Positions 1-13,318 of a stretch of 64,000 nt of DNA are shown piece by piece. The position numbers and the translations under genes are program-made. The notes under the pieces were generated by a model. That model had not been told where the DNA came from and ran no database searches. It worked only from the letters and a program-made list of their open reading frames with translations. Position 1 is the stretch's first letter. The number at the start of each line of letters is the position of its first letter. The stretch lies in NCBI RefSeq assembly GCF_964204645.1, contig NC_134026.1, positions 29,050,150-29,114,149 on the forward strand. Reading direction: 5' to 3'. This DNA comes from Tubulanus polymorphus. Its lineage: Eukaryota > Animalia > Nemertea.

Positions 1-177
1 TAGATATGATGATATGATCTCCACCTACTAATCAAAGATACATCTTACAAGATATCTGATTCTGTCTAGACAAGATACCTACGCATTTCACCTGCTAAGT
101 GTTCAGTTGTTCCTTGCTTCACAAAGATCTGCGAAAGTTAGTTGAATTTTCTATTGCCATGAATGTACCTTTTTTAG

Positions 178-1534
178 GTTGGATGAATGCGGCAAGAAAT
201 TGAACAAAGATACTAAAAGATGCATTGAAAACTCAGGAAGTACGGTACCTGCTGATCTGAAAAATGTTCCTTCTTGTGATTTATTCAAAAGAAATTAAGT
301 TGGACGTTTGAGCAAAAAAAAAATGTCTGTATTTTTGTTGTAGCACTTGTAAAAACTGAATTGAAGTTATCACAAGATTTGACACAGAGCAGTTTGTATC
401 AAACAGATGAGCAATTCAAGATGTTAACTGATGATTGGGCACATGCTATTACACGATTAGATCTTCTGACACAAGAGAAGGTATATAAAATAAGATGTGT
501 AAAATAGAAACATCACCCAGCTTCTTATATGACTAGCTGTTGAATTTACCAAACTTTTCAGAATGCAGTTCATACCAAGACAATGGTGGAGCCACTAAAA
601 AAGTGAGAGAAACATCAACTTCATTTAATAATGTACTTTTAGTTTTGCTGAATTAATGTAATATATCAGTATCTCATTGTAAATTGATAATAGATTCAGC
701 AGTATATTTCCTGGTATGAGGGCTGCCGTTAAGAAACGTGAATCAAGTCTACAAGAATACACTCGATGTCAAGAAAAAGTAGATAGATATCGAGAACGTG
801 AAAGAACTGGGCCAAATATTGTCAAACTAGAGCAGGTTCATTTCAACTCTAAAAAGATTGTATCGAATAGATGAATATCCAAAATATCTATTGATATCTT
901 TTTTTCTATGTATTGTTCATTTTAGAGTAAGAAAGCTTTAACCGTTGCTAAGGAAGATTTTGAGACACAGAATCAGATTCTGAGGGAAGATTTACCGCGG
1001 CTGTACGAGGGGAGGATCGATTTCTTTGAACCTTGTTTCCAGGCACTTATTAAGACGCAGGTACAGTATATTGTAACATGAGAGAAGTATCCGCTTATTC
1101 TTTATGAAGCGCTCAAGCATGTACAGTCAAAACCCACTTCATTTGGATCAGTTTAATCCGGATTTCGATCCAGTCCACATATCATTTATGGTCAATCTAT
1201 ACATAAATTCAACTCAAATATGATGTCAAATCCGGATTTCTCATAAAATTGGATTAAATACATCAGTCCCAAATGATCTGAATTAAACACTTTCTTCATG
1301 TACTGTATTCTAAGTTTGCGGTTACGTATGGAGAAAGTATTGACGATTTCCAAAAAACTGTGATTTGTGATTTATTTTTAGGTTACATATTTCACTGAAG
1401 CACATAAGATCTACTCGGAACTCTCGGGCAAAATGACCTCGGAAAAAGATTTGTTGCTCGATGATAGTTATGAGAATCAACTGGACAATAAATTATCAGA
1501 AATCAGATCACTTTCAATTATTGCTGATGATTGA
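178..1534 (+). CDS. BIN3: Bridging integrator 3 (BAR domain), 3' part; 5' exons lie upstream of the window
   Basis: Spliced exons (about 178-239, 343-480, 562-602, 693-835, 926-1060, 1382-1534) translate to LDECGKKLNKDTK...VEPLKKFSSIFPGMRAAVKKRESSLQEY...ERTGPNIVKLEQ...FFEPCFQALIKTQV...LSEIRSLSIIADD*. This matches BIN3, including its C-terminus (human LSELRALSIVADD). Confidence 0.9.
1122..1307. mobile_element. Degenerate TACAGT...ACTGTA (Tc1/pogo-type) MITE in a BIN3 intron
   Basis: Starts TACAGTCAAAACCC and ends ACTGTA, with repeated internal AATCCGGATTT/GGATC motifs. Confidence 0.45.
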
Positions 1535-2142
1535 TATTAACAACCGTTTCTGAAATTGCGATTTGAAGTTGTGATATGAAAATTATATTTTAGCATATAA
1601 TCATGCATGTAGTCAATTTAAAACAATTCTAAAATGTTGCCATAAATTCGGTGTTTGATATTTTATTCACTGATAGTCATTGTTTAATGCAACGTTGATA
1701 TATTTTTACTTTATATAAATAAATGTATATGTATATATAAAAAAATGAATGCGTATTACTGTTTCATGTTCTATTGATCAAATCCTATGTCCTGTCTGGA
1801 TTGCATAGAAAAATAACCGCGACACTGAAATATGGGATTCGAACATGATGGTATATTTAGAACAGCTGCAGCGTAACAAATTTACTGAAGAATTGTCAAC
1901 CAAGTGATAAGCTCTTTAGTTTTTGTCATTTTTCAGGTAAGTGTTTCACTTTTATTCACACAAAAATAAAGAACCTGACCCTCATTAAAACTGTCTGATT
2001 AGTAGTAAAGGGAGCGCAGCTGATAAACACTGAAAACGGTGCTATATTGTAGAATGTTATGAGCTGATCATACTAATTATCGCGAGCAAACTTTATTGTT
2101 TATTGTAGTATATGGGAATAAAGGTATTCCATATGACTGACA

Positions 2143-3722
2143 ATGGAGGAAAATGATAAAACGAAAGACACATCTGGCGATCGATCCATTAGTAAAACGC
2201 ACAGTAGAAATCGATCTCGGCATAGAAAACTGAGAAAATTGATCGAAAAGCAACCTCATGAAATTCAAGCTAAAATGATGGCTGCTTTAGACTCCTCAAA
2301 TACGAGAGTTCATACGTCATCATCCTCCACATCTGAATCAGATGATTCTTCTGACAGCAGTAGAGAGAGAAAATCAAGGAAAAAGAAACGTAAAAGGGAT
2401 TCATCATCTTCGAGTAGCCCTGAGCGAAAAAAACGAAAATCAACGTCCAAGAAAAAAAAGAAAACTCAAGATTCCTCAACTTCAGACAGTTCAAGTTCTG
2501 ATAGCAGTCCAGTGAAAAAGAGCAAAAAGAAGAAGGACAAGAAGAAACCGAAGAAGAAGAAAGTTAAGAAGAAGAAAGAATCGTCATCGTCGGGAAGTTC
2601 CAGTGAGAGCTCGGAACCCAAGAAAAAGAAGAAAAAAAAGATTAAGAAGAAAAAGAAGGATTCATCAGATTCAGATGATAGCAGCAGTGATGATTCAGAT
2701 CATAAAAAAACTAAGAAGTATGAATTATGTGTATATTACAGATATGTATAAAGATCTGACTTATATATCAAATTGTTGCGTATCTTTTAAGACGTAAGAA
2801 GATGAAGGTTGCTGATGCCGATTCATTGAAGTATAAATTATCTCTATCTTTAAGAGCCAAAAAGAAAAAGAACAAGAAGGTTAAAGATAAAAAGAAAAAG
2901 AAAGGAGACAAAAAGAAGGATGATATGTCTATGATAACTGTGGGACCACAACCTGCTCCTTTTATTGAGACTGCTGGTAGGTTATTCTTATGCCAGTTGC
3001 TTTTAAGCATTGAAAGAATTTTCTTTTATATATATATTTACATAATTGATCAATTTTAGTGCCATCAACATCGACTGCTGGATATGTTCGTATACTGAAG
3101 CCAATGACTAAAGAGGAATGGGAAAAACAACAGAGTGTTGTCAGAAAAGTTCTCGATCCTGAAACTGGAAGAATTAGGTAGGTATAAGATATTCATCATT
3201 TTGCGCATTCAAAATAGGATAAAGTATGTGCATAATTCTAAGCTCCTGATTTCAGGCTTGTAAAGGGAGATGGTGAAATACTTGAGGAGATAGTCAGTAA
3301 GGACAGACACAGAGAAATCAATAAGGTAGCTATCTGTTTGTATGTATCCTATTACCGATATTGAAAAGGTGGTGCAGTATAGACAAGTGGCTAGGCCGTT
3401 TGACCCTGAGATGTCAGGGCATGGGTTTCGAACCCGGTACATTACCGTCTGTTGTGTACCCAGACAAGACACTTATCCTCATTGCCTCTCTCCACCCGGG
3501 AGTAAATGGGTACCTGGTCTGATAGATGATTCCTTAGCGCCTTGTTGCTACTCAGATGTTACTTCTGGCTGGAATTAGTGCTCTGAGCGGCCTGACTGGA
3601 TCAAACTATATACCGGGTAAGCCTCATTGAGTCTATCAAATGTAAATATTCTTCGTTAATTACAGCAAGCTACACTCGCTGATGGAATTAGCTACCAAAA
3701 ACAAGCTGGAACTTTTCAATGA
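2143..3722 (+). CDS. ARL6IP4: ARL6-interacting protein 4 (SR-25-like splicing factor; Lys/Ser-rich)
   Basis: Exons 2143-2717, 2855-2976, 3060-3177, 3256-3325 and 3666-3722 have GT-AG ends. A K/S-rich N-terminus precedes the conserved [52 protein letters not shown]. Confidence 0.92.
3366..3620 (+). mobile_element. tRNA-derived SINE with CORE-like central domain, in the last ARL6IP4 intron
   Basis: A/B-box-like head (GGTTTCGAACCC) followed by TTGTGTACCCAGACAAGACACTTATCCTCATTGCCTCTCTCCACCCGGGAGTAAATGGGTACC, a typical metazoan SINE body. Confidence 0.65.
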
Positions 3723-4478
3723 TTGATGTTAACGGCAGTTGCTTAAAACTGGTTGCTTATTAGAATTCAGCTGTGATTCTTCAATTCTATTTTTATATGC
3801 CTGTTGCACATTATGGGTAGACTCGTGCTCACAAATCGAAGCTTTATATTCTATGATAAATCATGTATTTCTGGTGTTATTCTGTCTCATATTTTATTGT
3901 TAAATATTTGTGGAAAAATGGAAATTGCCATTGATTTGGTGAATTAACTTTTTATATTGGGATTTATAGATATATGATACTGGTATACTTTATGATTATG
4001 AGAAAATAGAAAATAAAGAAAATTGTATTCAAAATATCGCGTATGTCTTTTGGTGGTCCTAATTTTTCTATGATCGGCTAGGATGTGTAAAAGTCTACAC
4101 GATTAAACAATGTCAAAACCCTGTTTTCCATGTGGGTTTCATTGATTATCATCACTGACTTCTGCTGATACTTAGTTCTCTTTTCTGGTATTATCATAAT
4201 TATCTTTGGTTGTTTTTGTAAGGTTATGTACCGGTAATTTTTACAGTTTATTTCGTACAATCGGTTAACCTTCAATCCAAATGGATATATAAGTATAATA
4301 TACAGTTAATTGAATTGAATTGTAGCGGATGAGGAGGCTGTGGCATGTGAGTTTAAAACGGCCTTGAAAATGTGTGGTATTCCTACTTTCCGTTTCCGTT
4401 TTACTTCCGGGTTCACGATTTCTTGGGCCAGCTCATCTAGTTTGATCATAATCCTCGTTCACAGCAACTAACATAGCA

Positions 4479-7400
4479 ATGTCAGGACATTTTGAGAGCA
4501 TCGAAAAATCGTTGAGCACCCATCTTCCATGTGAAGAATTGGCTGAAGTCAAAAGGATTCTTTATGGCAAAGATTTAAGGTGGGTTGAGTTACTTTCAAT
4601 TAATTCAATTCTGCACTTCTTCTTCACTTCAGTCAGTGCATCATCTAATGTCTATTTATTAATTGATGAGACCTGTTTTTCTGGGATATTTTGCTTACTT
4701 TTTGGGGTACATACCTCATTTATGTCTTAACAGAATGCCAAAAATCGCGGACAACAACTGAATATCCGATATATTTCCAGTTCTGTACCAATTAGATGGA
4801 TTGGCAAAAAGACTCCTTAAGTCCAGTTGAATGAGAGAGAAAATCTTCCATTTTGTCAAATTTCTTGGATTTGAACATTGTTACCATGCCTACGCCACCC
4901 TGATTTAGTTGTTGAGACCCCACAAGAAAAATAACTTCATTTCGTAGGCATGGTGACAATGTAAAAATTCAAGAAATTTGACATTCGAGTTGATAGAAAT
5001 TGGATTATTTCGAAAGGTACCTGTGTTAGTTTGTGAATTAAGCCATTAATTGTGGACTGAAGTGAATAGAAAATATATTTTTGAAGTGTTACTTTTTTCA
5101 ACCGTGTTTTGGTCCTTGTCATCCCTAACGTTGGTATAAGCCCATCCGATTATAAAAAGCTTACCACCAACGATTAGGTAACTAACTATGCATCATCATG
5201 TCTAATTTATTGATTGATGATACTTCATATGTAAGATAGACCGTACGAATGTATGTATATATTTTTACAATAAACGCATATTTACAGACATGTAATCAAG
5301 TAAACAAAATCCTAGTCATAAAAAGTTAAAACGACCATCTTCATTATTGTTGTATCATCTTGACATTTCTTCTAATTGCTAGGAAATTCGAAATACCGGC
5401 TGCTGCATTGAGTTTGGCAACTGAGAAAGATTTTGAGCTTCAAGGATATTGCTTCGATGCAGTAAAAGAAGAAACCCGTCCGGCGCGTGAAGTTGTAGTC
5501 GGTGCCATTCAGAACAAAATCATTGCACCAACTACTGCATCGATTACTGAACAAAGAGATAAATTGATTCAGAGAATTAGTGAAATGATTGAAGCGGCTT
5601 CACTTTGCGGGGCTAATATTGTCTGTTTACAGGAAGCTTGGAGTAAGTATATGAGGTATAATCATTTACCCCTTAAAGGTTTCAATTGTTTTTTAATCTA
5701 TTAACCGATAGTTTCAATTGATTGCACAAAATTCACATTGTTCACTTGTAACATTCTACCGTCCCTAGAGCTGCCATGTTTGTTTAGAATGAGGAGCCTC
5801 GATATCTATAGGATGTATAAATATGTCCAAACTGCTCAGTCGATACATGGACTTAAATATAAACCAAAATCACACAGAGAAAGAACCTACTTAATAGATA
5901 TACAGTAGACTGGCCGAGTGTGATCCTATCAACTCGGATGTTTTTTTGAATATTTTTGTGACACTTTTTAAGAAATACATAACATCCAACTCGGATATCA
6001 TCCTAGTTGGATACGGTCCGACTTGATCCGACTTGAGCGGAGTCTACTATGGGGTTTAGTACCAGCGTTTCTTATAAAAATCTCGCCTCCATTTTACAGC
6101 AATGCCATTTGCTTTCTGTACTCGTGAAAAGACTCCGTGGTGTGAATTTGCTGAGTCTGCTTATGATGGACCAACGACTAAAATACTGCAACAAGTAAAT
6201 TTGGTGTCCATTGATTGCTGAATAGTGATTTTGATTTTAAGTCACTATCAAGTTTTTCAAATTGTTGATTTTGTTTCAGCTTGCTGTGAAATACAACATG
6301 TATATAATTTCTCCAATACTTGAACGTGATGAAGTACATGGAGATACATTATGGAATACAGCAGGTATTTGTTCTAATCTGTATACTACCTTCTGAACTG
6401 GTCCACAGCTTTGCACTCAAACACACTTCATTGCACCGATATAAGAAATAATATTACGTTGAAATTGTTGATTTTGTAGTCGTTATTTCAAATAATGGTA
6501 AAGTTCAAGGAGTCAGTCGAAAAAATCACATTCCTAGAGTTGGGGATTTTAATGAGGTAGGCCTGAGTGAAGATGGCTTAGTAACTGATTCCGTTTATAT
6601 AATATATCCTTCTGTTTACAGTCAACCTATTACATGGAAGGAAATACGGGACACAATGTATTTCAAACACCTTGGGGTATGTTCACTTTTCACCAAAATT
6701 TTGATATATGTAAGTGACGCAAGTATCCTAGAAGTAATTGTATGAATATGGTGTTTTAGGAAAGATAGCTATCAATATCTGCTACGGACGACATCATCCT
6801 CAGAACTGGATGATGTATGGAGTGAATGGAGCCGAAATAGTCTTCAACCCATCTGCTACAGTTGGTGCATTAAGGTATGATAAATATCCCATTGAATAGT
6901 GGCATATATTTTTTGTATATTTCAACTGAGTTTTCTATTTGTTTGTGTTTATTACAGTGAACCAATGTGGGGGATAGAGGCCAGAAATGCTGCTATAGCA
7001 AATTCATATTTTACTGTTGCAATCAACAGAGTTGGCACTGTATGTACATGTATTTTTAACATTTTGAGATCTACGTACCTTCAGATAGGATAAACAATCT
7101 AATCATTCATATATTATTATAATCTACGTTTAACAGGAAGAATTCCCAAACGAATTTACTTCTGCTGATGGTAAGAAAGGTAAGTAGGATTAAAATGCCT
7201 GGTATCACTTTACATGATCTAAGATGAGAGACATGTCACGTATGATTTCTTTCAGCGCACAAAGATTTCGGTCATTTCTATGGGTCGAGTTATGTTGCAG
7301 CTCCTGATGCCAGCAGATGTCCTGTAAGTTTTCAAATCAATTGCAGATTGTGCTCTCAGAACATCTTCTGTTACCGTTTATATATACTTTTCATATCTTA

Positions 7401-7657
7401 CAGGGACTATCACGAACTAGAGATGGACTGTTGATTACCAAAATGGATCTGAATTTATGTCGACAAGTGAAAGACAAATGGGGATTTAGGGTAAGTGATT
7501 TTTGGAGTTCGTCAATAGATTCAGTCTATGAACATATTGTATAAGAAAATATGTTTTCCTGTATATAATGTAGATGACACAAAGGCTGGAACTTTACGCA
7601 GATTCACTGAAGGAAGCAATAAAACCAGACTACAAACCACAGATTGTGAAAGAATAA
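4479..7657 (+). CDS. UPB1: Beta-ureidopropionase (nitrilase superfamily)
   Basis: Multi-exon: [12 protein letters not shown]...CLQEAW|[11 protein letters not shown]...[13 protein letters not shown]|STYYMEG...[13 protein letters not shown]...[15 protein letters not shown]...KDKWGFR|[27 protein letters not shown]. The Glu-Lys-Cys catalytic motifs are present. Confidence 0.96.
4850..4990. repeat. Long imperfect palindrome (MITE remnant) in UPB1 intron 1
   Basis: CAAATTTCTTGGATTT..ACATTGTTACCATGCCTACG pairs with CGTAGGCATGGTGACAATGT..AAATTCAAGAAATTTG. Confidence 0.6.
5901..6050. mobile_element. TACAGTAGACT...AGTCTACTA MITE in a UPB1 intron
   Basis: Terminal inverted repeat plus internal CAACTCGGAT repeats. 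A related end (GATCCAACTTGGGTGGAGTCTA) occurs at about 53889. Confidence 0.5.
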
Positions 7658-7984
7658 ATTTAATCGTTTGTTCGAGGACCAATAAACTATAAAATGTGCT
7701 ACGTTGTAATGGACTGTGATAGTCAACTACTGAATTAAACAGAACCTGACAATTTATTCTATAAAACGAACATTGGAACAATTTAGATTTAAAGATTATC
7801 AATTGTGATTACAAGTTACATTTTTCATTGTAATCAATGAATAAATATAGATATTAAATCCTTTATTAGTAACTATTTCAGTCATGTATATTCTAACTCT
7901 ATTTTAATGGTGCTTTTTTGAAGCAAGTTAGAAAGTAAAATAAATATGTATCGAATAAATAAATGTTAATAACATCTCTGTTTC

Positions 7985-10599
7985 TTATGATATATCATGG
8001 AGATGTTTGTGGAATTTCTGTCTCCGGGACAATCCTAATCGTATCGGTTTCTGCTGGTAGTTTTTCACTGGTAGATACTGTGGTACAACACAAGGCGCGT
8101 CATCTATTGAAATGAATACAGCATTTTAACTTCCATATGACCGGCTTCCAAAACTAAGGGAACAAACAATCAAATCAATACCTGATTTGGCTGATTGAAA
8201 TATTCTCAGTGGAGCGTACTTCATATTTTCGGGCGATTCATCCAATGACATGACTTTGAGGTTAACATCTGCATGCAATTTAAGTAAAAGAACCAATTTT
8301 TGAAAACAATACTTTCATCGTTCTTCGGTCATTATCGGTAACTACCTTGTTGAGAAATTCCTGTTTGACTTGTACAAAGAGAAGAACCATACTCGTCTGA
8401 TTCGCTGGCATCGCAAGAATAAACCGCACATTTATCTAGGAAAGAATGAATTAATGATATATGATTGTTACATATTTAATGATTTTTTTTTTTATTGTTT
8501 CGGTTTTCACCTGGTATCTGATCCTTAAAGATGGTAATATCCTGATCTTCATACATGTACTGTTCGTGTTGGCTGATATCAGTATCGGGAACTTCGTGAT
8601 CGGATAACTTCGCTATTTTCAGACTGGAACTGGTCGGGCTCTCTTCGATGATGGCTTCTAATTTTCGCTTCTTCGGAGATTGTTTAAATAGATACGGGTC
8701 ACATTTCTCACACAGTAAACTACGTCCGCGATTATCATGTTTATTTCTTGAAAGATAACTATCTTGACTGTGAATGAAATCCCAACTCCTCGGAATAGAA
8801 ACAACAGATTCCTCCGCGATCACAGTCTGATGATCAATGTTTTTGATGTTTACAGCTTCGATTTCTTCGAGAAACGACGGGAATAATTCGGTAGAATTGG
8901 TTTGAATATCGCAGATATTCTGATTTCTGTACCATTCACTTGGATTCGAGGAACCAACGCTGCTCTTCATTTCACAAACTTCGTGATCGTCTCGTTCATC
9001 GATTTTATTGGTTTGGTATTCAGTAGCATTTGGCTGAGAATTATGACAGGTATATTTTGCTGGTCCCTCCTGGTAATGCACGTCTGAAACCGTGCACAAC
9101 TCATTCGCCGTAATTATGTCTGGCTCAATAATATTTTCCGATTCCGTCGTTGTTTTTGTCGTGTCGTCAATAATCGAGGATTTTGGAATCCCTGCATCAA
9201 GTGTTATATCAGATTTATCAGTTATGATAGTGTCTGATTCCTGCTCTAATAATCTGCGCATTATATCAACATTCATAATGTTTCTAACGATGTCATGAAT
9301 AATCAATGAATCTTCAGTTGTTTCTGTCTCTGGGATGACTGGGCTGTCTGATTCGTTAAATGTTTTTCCTGCGCGACTGTCTACGGTTTCTGTCGTGACG
9401 ACAGACTCGTGGTTTTCCATCCCAGACTTCGGATGCAAAAATGATTCTGATTTTGATCCACAGCTATTTCCATTGATTTCCTCCGCTCCCGATATCACTC
9501 CATCTAATTCAGATCTAACGTCATCTGTTTCTCTATTTAAATCTTTCTCAATTGATAGATCCACTGATTCTGTCTGGACGAATGCACAGATCTGCTTTGG
9601 TTCAATAGCTGTCTTATTACCGACATGTTGGACCATGAGTTCAGACGAATCTAGTACATCCGTATTTGAAATAAACTGTTCAACATCTTCGTTTATCTTT
9701 TCGTGAATCTTCGCTGTAACATTTTGTCCATTCTGTTGTACATCATCTAACATTTTCAATTCTAAGCTTGTCTTAATGCCTTCCATTATTTCTTCAATTA
9801 TTCCCACATATTCTTCCGATAAATTCTGGAAGTTTTCTTCGTCAATTTCCTCGGTAACCGACTCAAGCGTTCTATCATCAATTTTGATATTAACTGCATC
9901 GATCATCTCTGTCAAAATCACCGTAATATCTCCATCATCTGGCGACCACGAATTATCCCTTTCTTCTATTCGTTCTGGTGAATACGTTATCAATTGATTG
10001 CACTGTGATGAGAAATGAACGTTCAAGTTTCTGTTTGGAGATGTTCGAAGTTCCGAAACTTGTTTCAAACAGCTAGGTCTATAAACTTCGTCATCCTGGG
10101 AGCTGAATAAATCACCGGATAAATTAGGTTCTGTTGTATCATGTAGTTCAGATTTAGATACATCAATTTCATCTAATTTTGGGTTGAATAAACCTCCGGT
10201 CATTTCTGCTATAGATACAAATTTTGCTTGGTCAAACGAAGCTGAAATAATGGACATGAATAAGCATGTAGACTGTAGATTCATTCGCCTGACTGGTAAT
10301 TTCACTGATGAGACCCGAAGTTCGAACCCTTGATGGGATTGCATACTACTAGTAGCTGAAACGATCTGATTAGGCTACATTATTCTGGGCTGCCACGGGT
10401 TGCCTCTTGGACAATGATTGGTTTATTTACATCCATGCAAGAAATTGAAGGGAATTTTAATATGTTGTAGATGGTAAGAATACATATTTTATTTACCAAA
10501 CTCGGCGTTTGTAGAACTCGCGTGAATTTCTTCTAGGAGTGAATTATTCTGAACACCAAAAGGTAGTTGAAAGATATTCACTATTTCTTCTCGATCCAT
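7985..10599 (-). CDS. Large acidic, disordered protein with a C-terminal RAD51AP1/RAD51AP2-type RAD51-interaction motif
   Basis: Exons about 10599-10497, 10208 (or 10355)-8511, 8436-8347, 8268-8182 and 8104-7985. It contains an NLS-like SPKKRKL and ends ...QKPIRLGLSRRQKFHKHLHDIS*. Confidence 0.75.
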
Positions 10600-10779
10600 G
10601 TTTCAACCTGTAAAGACAAATAATTTTCATTTTCTAAATGACACAATATCTTATTCCTAGAATCTTCACACCCGGCATAATCCCGCAGTAGACTAGAGAC
10701 CAGCGCCTGCTGCCATCTAGTGATGAGTGACAGACGCTTGAACTTCTAGCGTTAGGAGGGCTTTTAAATTGGCTGCGAT

Positions 10780-10837
10780 AGGCCCATAGCAAGTAGCCGA
10801 TTGTGTTTTGATTTACAAATCGTCCACGATCTCAGAG
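10780..10837 (+). other. Probable non-coding first exon of CYRI, in a promoter shared divergently with the RAD51AP-like gene
   Basis: Strong donor GAG|GTAAGT at 10837/8 in a CpG-enriched region about 200 bp from the divergent ATG. A further non-coding exon candidate lies at 12893-12994. Confidence 0.45.
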
Positions 10838-13166
10838 GTAAGTAAGACCGGTTTCTAGCGTGCAGTTATACTAATGAAATGTTACAAATTAATGTAACCT
10901 AAAAACAGGTTCTTCATTAAGTGTCAAAAATCGCGCTGAACTATGGGAATTTTTGCCATGACTTCTGGGAAAAAGGAAGCCATTTTAAACCCGGAAGTGA
11001 TTGTTGTATTTTAGGAAAATTGGAAAGGTAAAAATTGTTCCTTTATTTAACTTGTCAGGTCATTAGCCACGAAATAATTCAGCCTCAACTCGTACAATGA
11101 CAATTCACTAAATCTCGAACTGATGTCTTGACAAGAAGATTAACAGCAAGTCACCTGATAGATAACACGAGCCCAGCATTTTATTTTTATTGTCAGCAGT
11201 AGTAGTAGCAGTCAGTACAGTACTCTCCTCACTCGACTCGACACTCCTCAGACCTCAGTGTCTGTCTCCATGACCCTGGCCTAGTACATGCCTCGCTCGG
11301 CTCAACCCCCACAATCAAAACTGTAATATTTCCAATGTCTATAACAATTGCACATTAGTACAGAGTGACGAGTGTTGACCGGTGTTAGTTCTTATAGACT
11401 TATAGACTGACTGGCGTGAATCCGTAAATTTGATTCCTGGACAAATTAAATTGATTAGGGTAGGCCTCATAAGAGTAAGACTGATCTTGCTCAAATCCCT
11501 TATTTGCATATGTTTGGTATTTTCCCTTCATGCCTTCTCGGAGGTGTCTAATAGCCTTACTAGAATCATCAATTCATGCAAATATAAATTTGTTCAGTAC
11601 TCGAACCCAAACTACAAAAGATACACATGTCATATGGGCCTAACACCTGTAGACTCAACCAATTTCTCGATTACCAACACTTATTAATGTGCATTGGATA
11701 CATTATGGTTTTTGCCCCAGTCCAGTGTCCTGTGAAATTAGGATTGATTAGTTCAGTTAAAGTGGGTGAACGAACTGCTCAGCGACAGTATGCTGCTTGG
11801 CTCAAAATAGCAATAACATCTGTTTGCCTTATGTTTGACACTACTGATCCCAGCCAGGCTGACCCTGGTTACTTTTTGATTCAGATTGGATCCTCTAATT
11901 GATATGTGCATAATTTGATTAAATGTAAACAACATTGACAGGAGTTCTCATTATTGTATCTACGTCAATGCTTTTTGGTCGGAGACAGGATGAAACTAAC
12001 TACATGGTTTTGAATCCGGCCCCGGTCTCATAGATTGGGTATCAAAGTTATCCCTCTACTAGGGGTAAATCCTCAATCACAATCACCGTAGTAACAATAC
12101 ACAACATGGTAATATGACAAGGACTATTATACAGCCATATCTATATAACTTGGCCCTTGTATCTTATCAAGAGAAATATGGACGAAGTAATGATTATTTC
12201 TTTGTCACTTTGAACTGCAATGTTTTGATGAAAATACCTGTATCAATTTAGGAGATTTTTGTATTCTTTGGGTAGAAAAAAGAGCTTATTTCGGGCTGTT
12301 ATTAGTTTTGAAGTCAACTTGAAAGCTAGTTCATATTTTTACATAGAAATGTTCCATTTGCTTAATGCTAGTATTTTGAGGTTCATAAATGGTCTGTATA
12401 GAGAATCTCAGTGACACAAGAGAAGTCGTTTTTCCCATTGAAATTTTTTAGTCAAAAAAGTCAATTATTTGATGAAAAACCTGCGATCTATTGAGATATA
12501 ATTAGTTACCATGAATCCTGGAATACGGAAGAGATATGGGAATAATTATGCGCAGCGCTTTTGTGTCTAGGTGATGGAAAATATCACCAATATTCTGTCA
12601 TTATATCTGACCTGAATTTTTGAACTATGATATTTTTGTCAATTTCTTTTTTTTTTGATATATGAATTCTGACACACCGTTCACACCAGAATGTAAAGAG
12701 CTATAGCGGTGTGTGATACTTGTGGGTTTTTATGTCGCTGTCGGATTTGGTTTTATATGGAAAACGCTTTTGATATTGCCAGTGAAATTATCATACTCGT
12801 AAAAATATGTGATGTGACTAGAGAGAGAAGTGTGATATACTGTGTGCCTATGTGTGATTTATCGAGGTATCACTAAATCAATGATTTTTCAGTTTCCCAC
12901 TTGATCGATCATTGACCAATCGCGTGACGAATCAGTCTGTTATAAGACTGTTGTTGAAGAACGTGTAATCTATCTATCCAATAGTTTTATCATCGTGAGT
13001 AGCTGGTGCTGCTGGCGACTGAATGTTAGCTACAGTCAGCAGTCTGTGTGTCAGTCAGATAGTACTGTGAGCAGTTATTTACAGGATACATCATGGCTGC
13101 AGTTTGTGGATGTGGAGTCAGTGAGTAGTAGTAATAGTTATCAAATAGTTTCAGGATTCCTGAAGT

Positions 13167-13318
13167 ACAGTAGTCGAACCTAGGTTAAGTCTCGTCACGA
13201 TTTTTAAGTCGCAATTTCTATTCCCATTCCATTTACTAAGTGTAAGTCATCATTTGGAATAAGTCGTCAACATAATAATCGTCCCTGCTATGACGACTTA
13301 AACTAAGTTTGATTGCAG
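13167..13318. mobile_element. MITE with TAAGTCGTC internal repeats (related copy at about 16911-17078)
   Basis: TACAGTAGTCGAACCTAGGTTAAGTC...GACTTAAACTAAGTTTGATTGCA inverted ends. Repeated TAAGTCGTC motifs occur in both copies. Confidence 0.5.
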
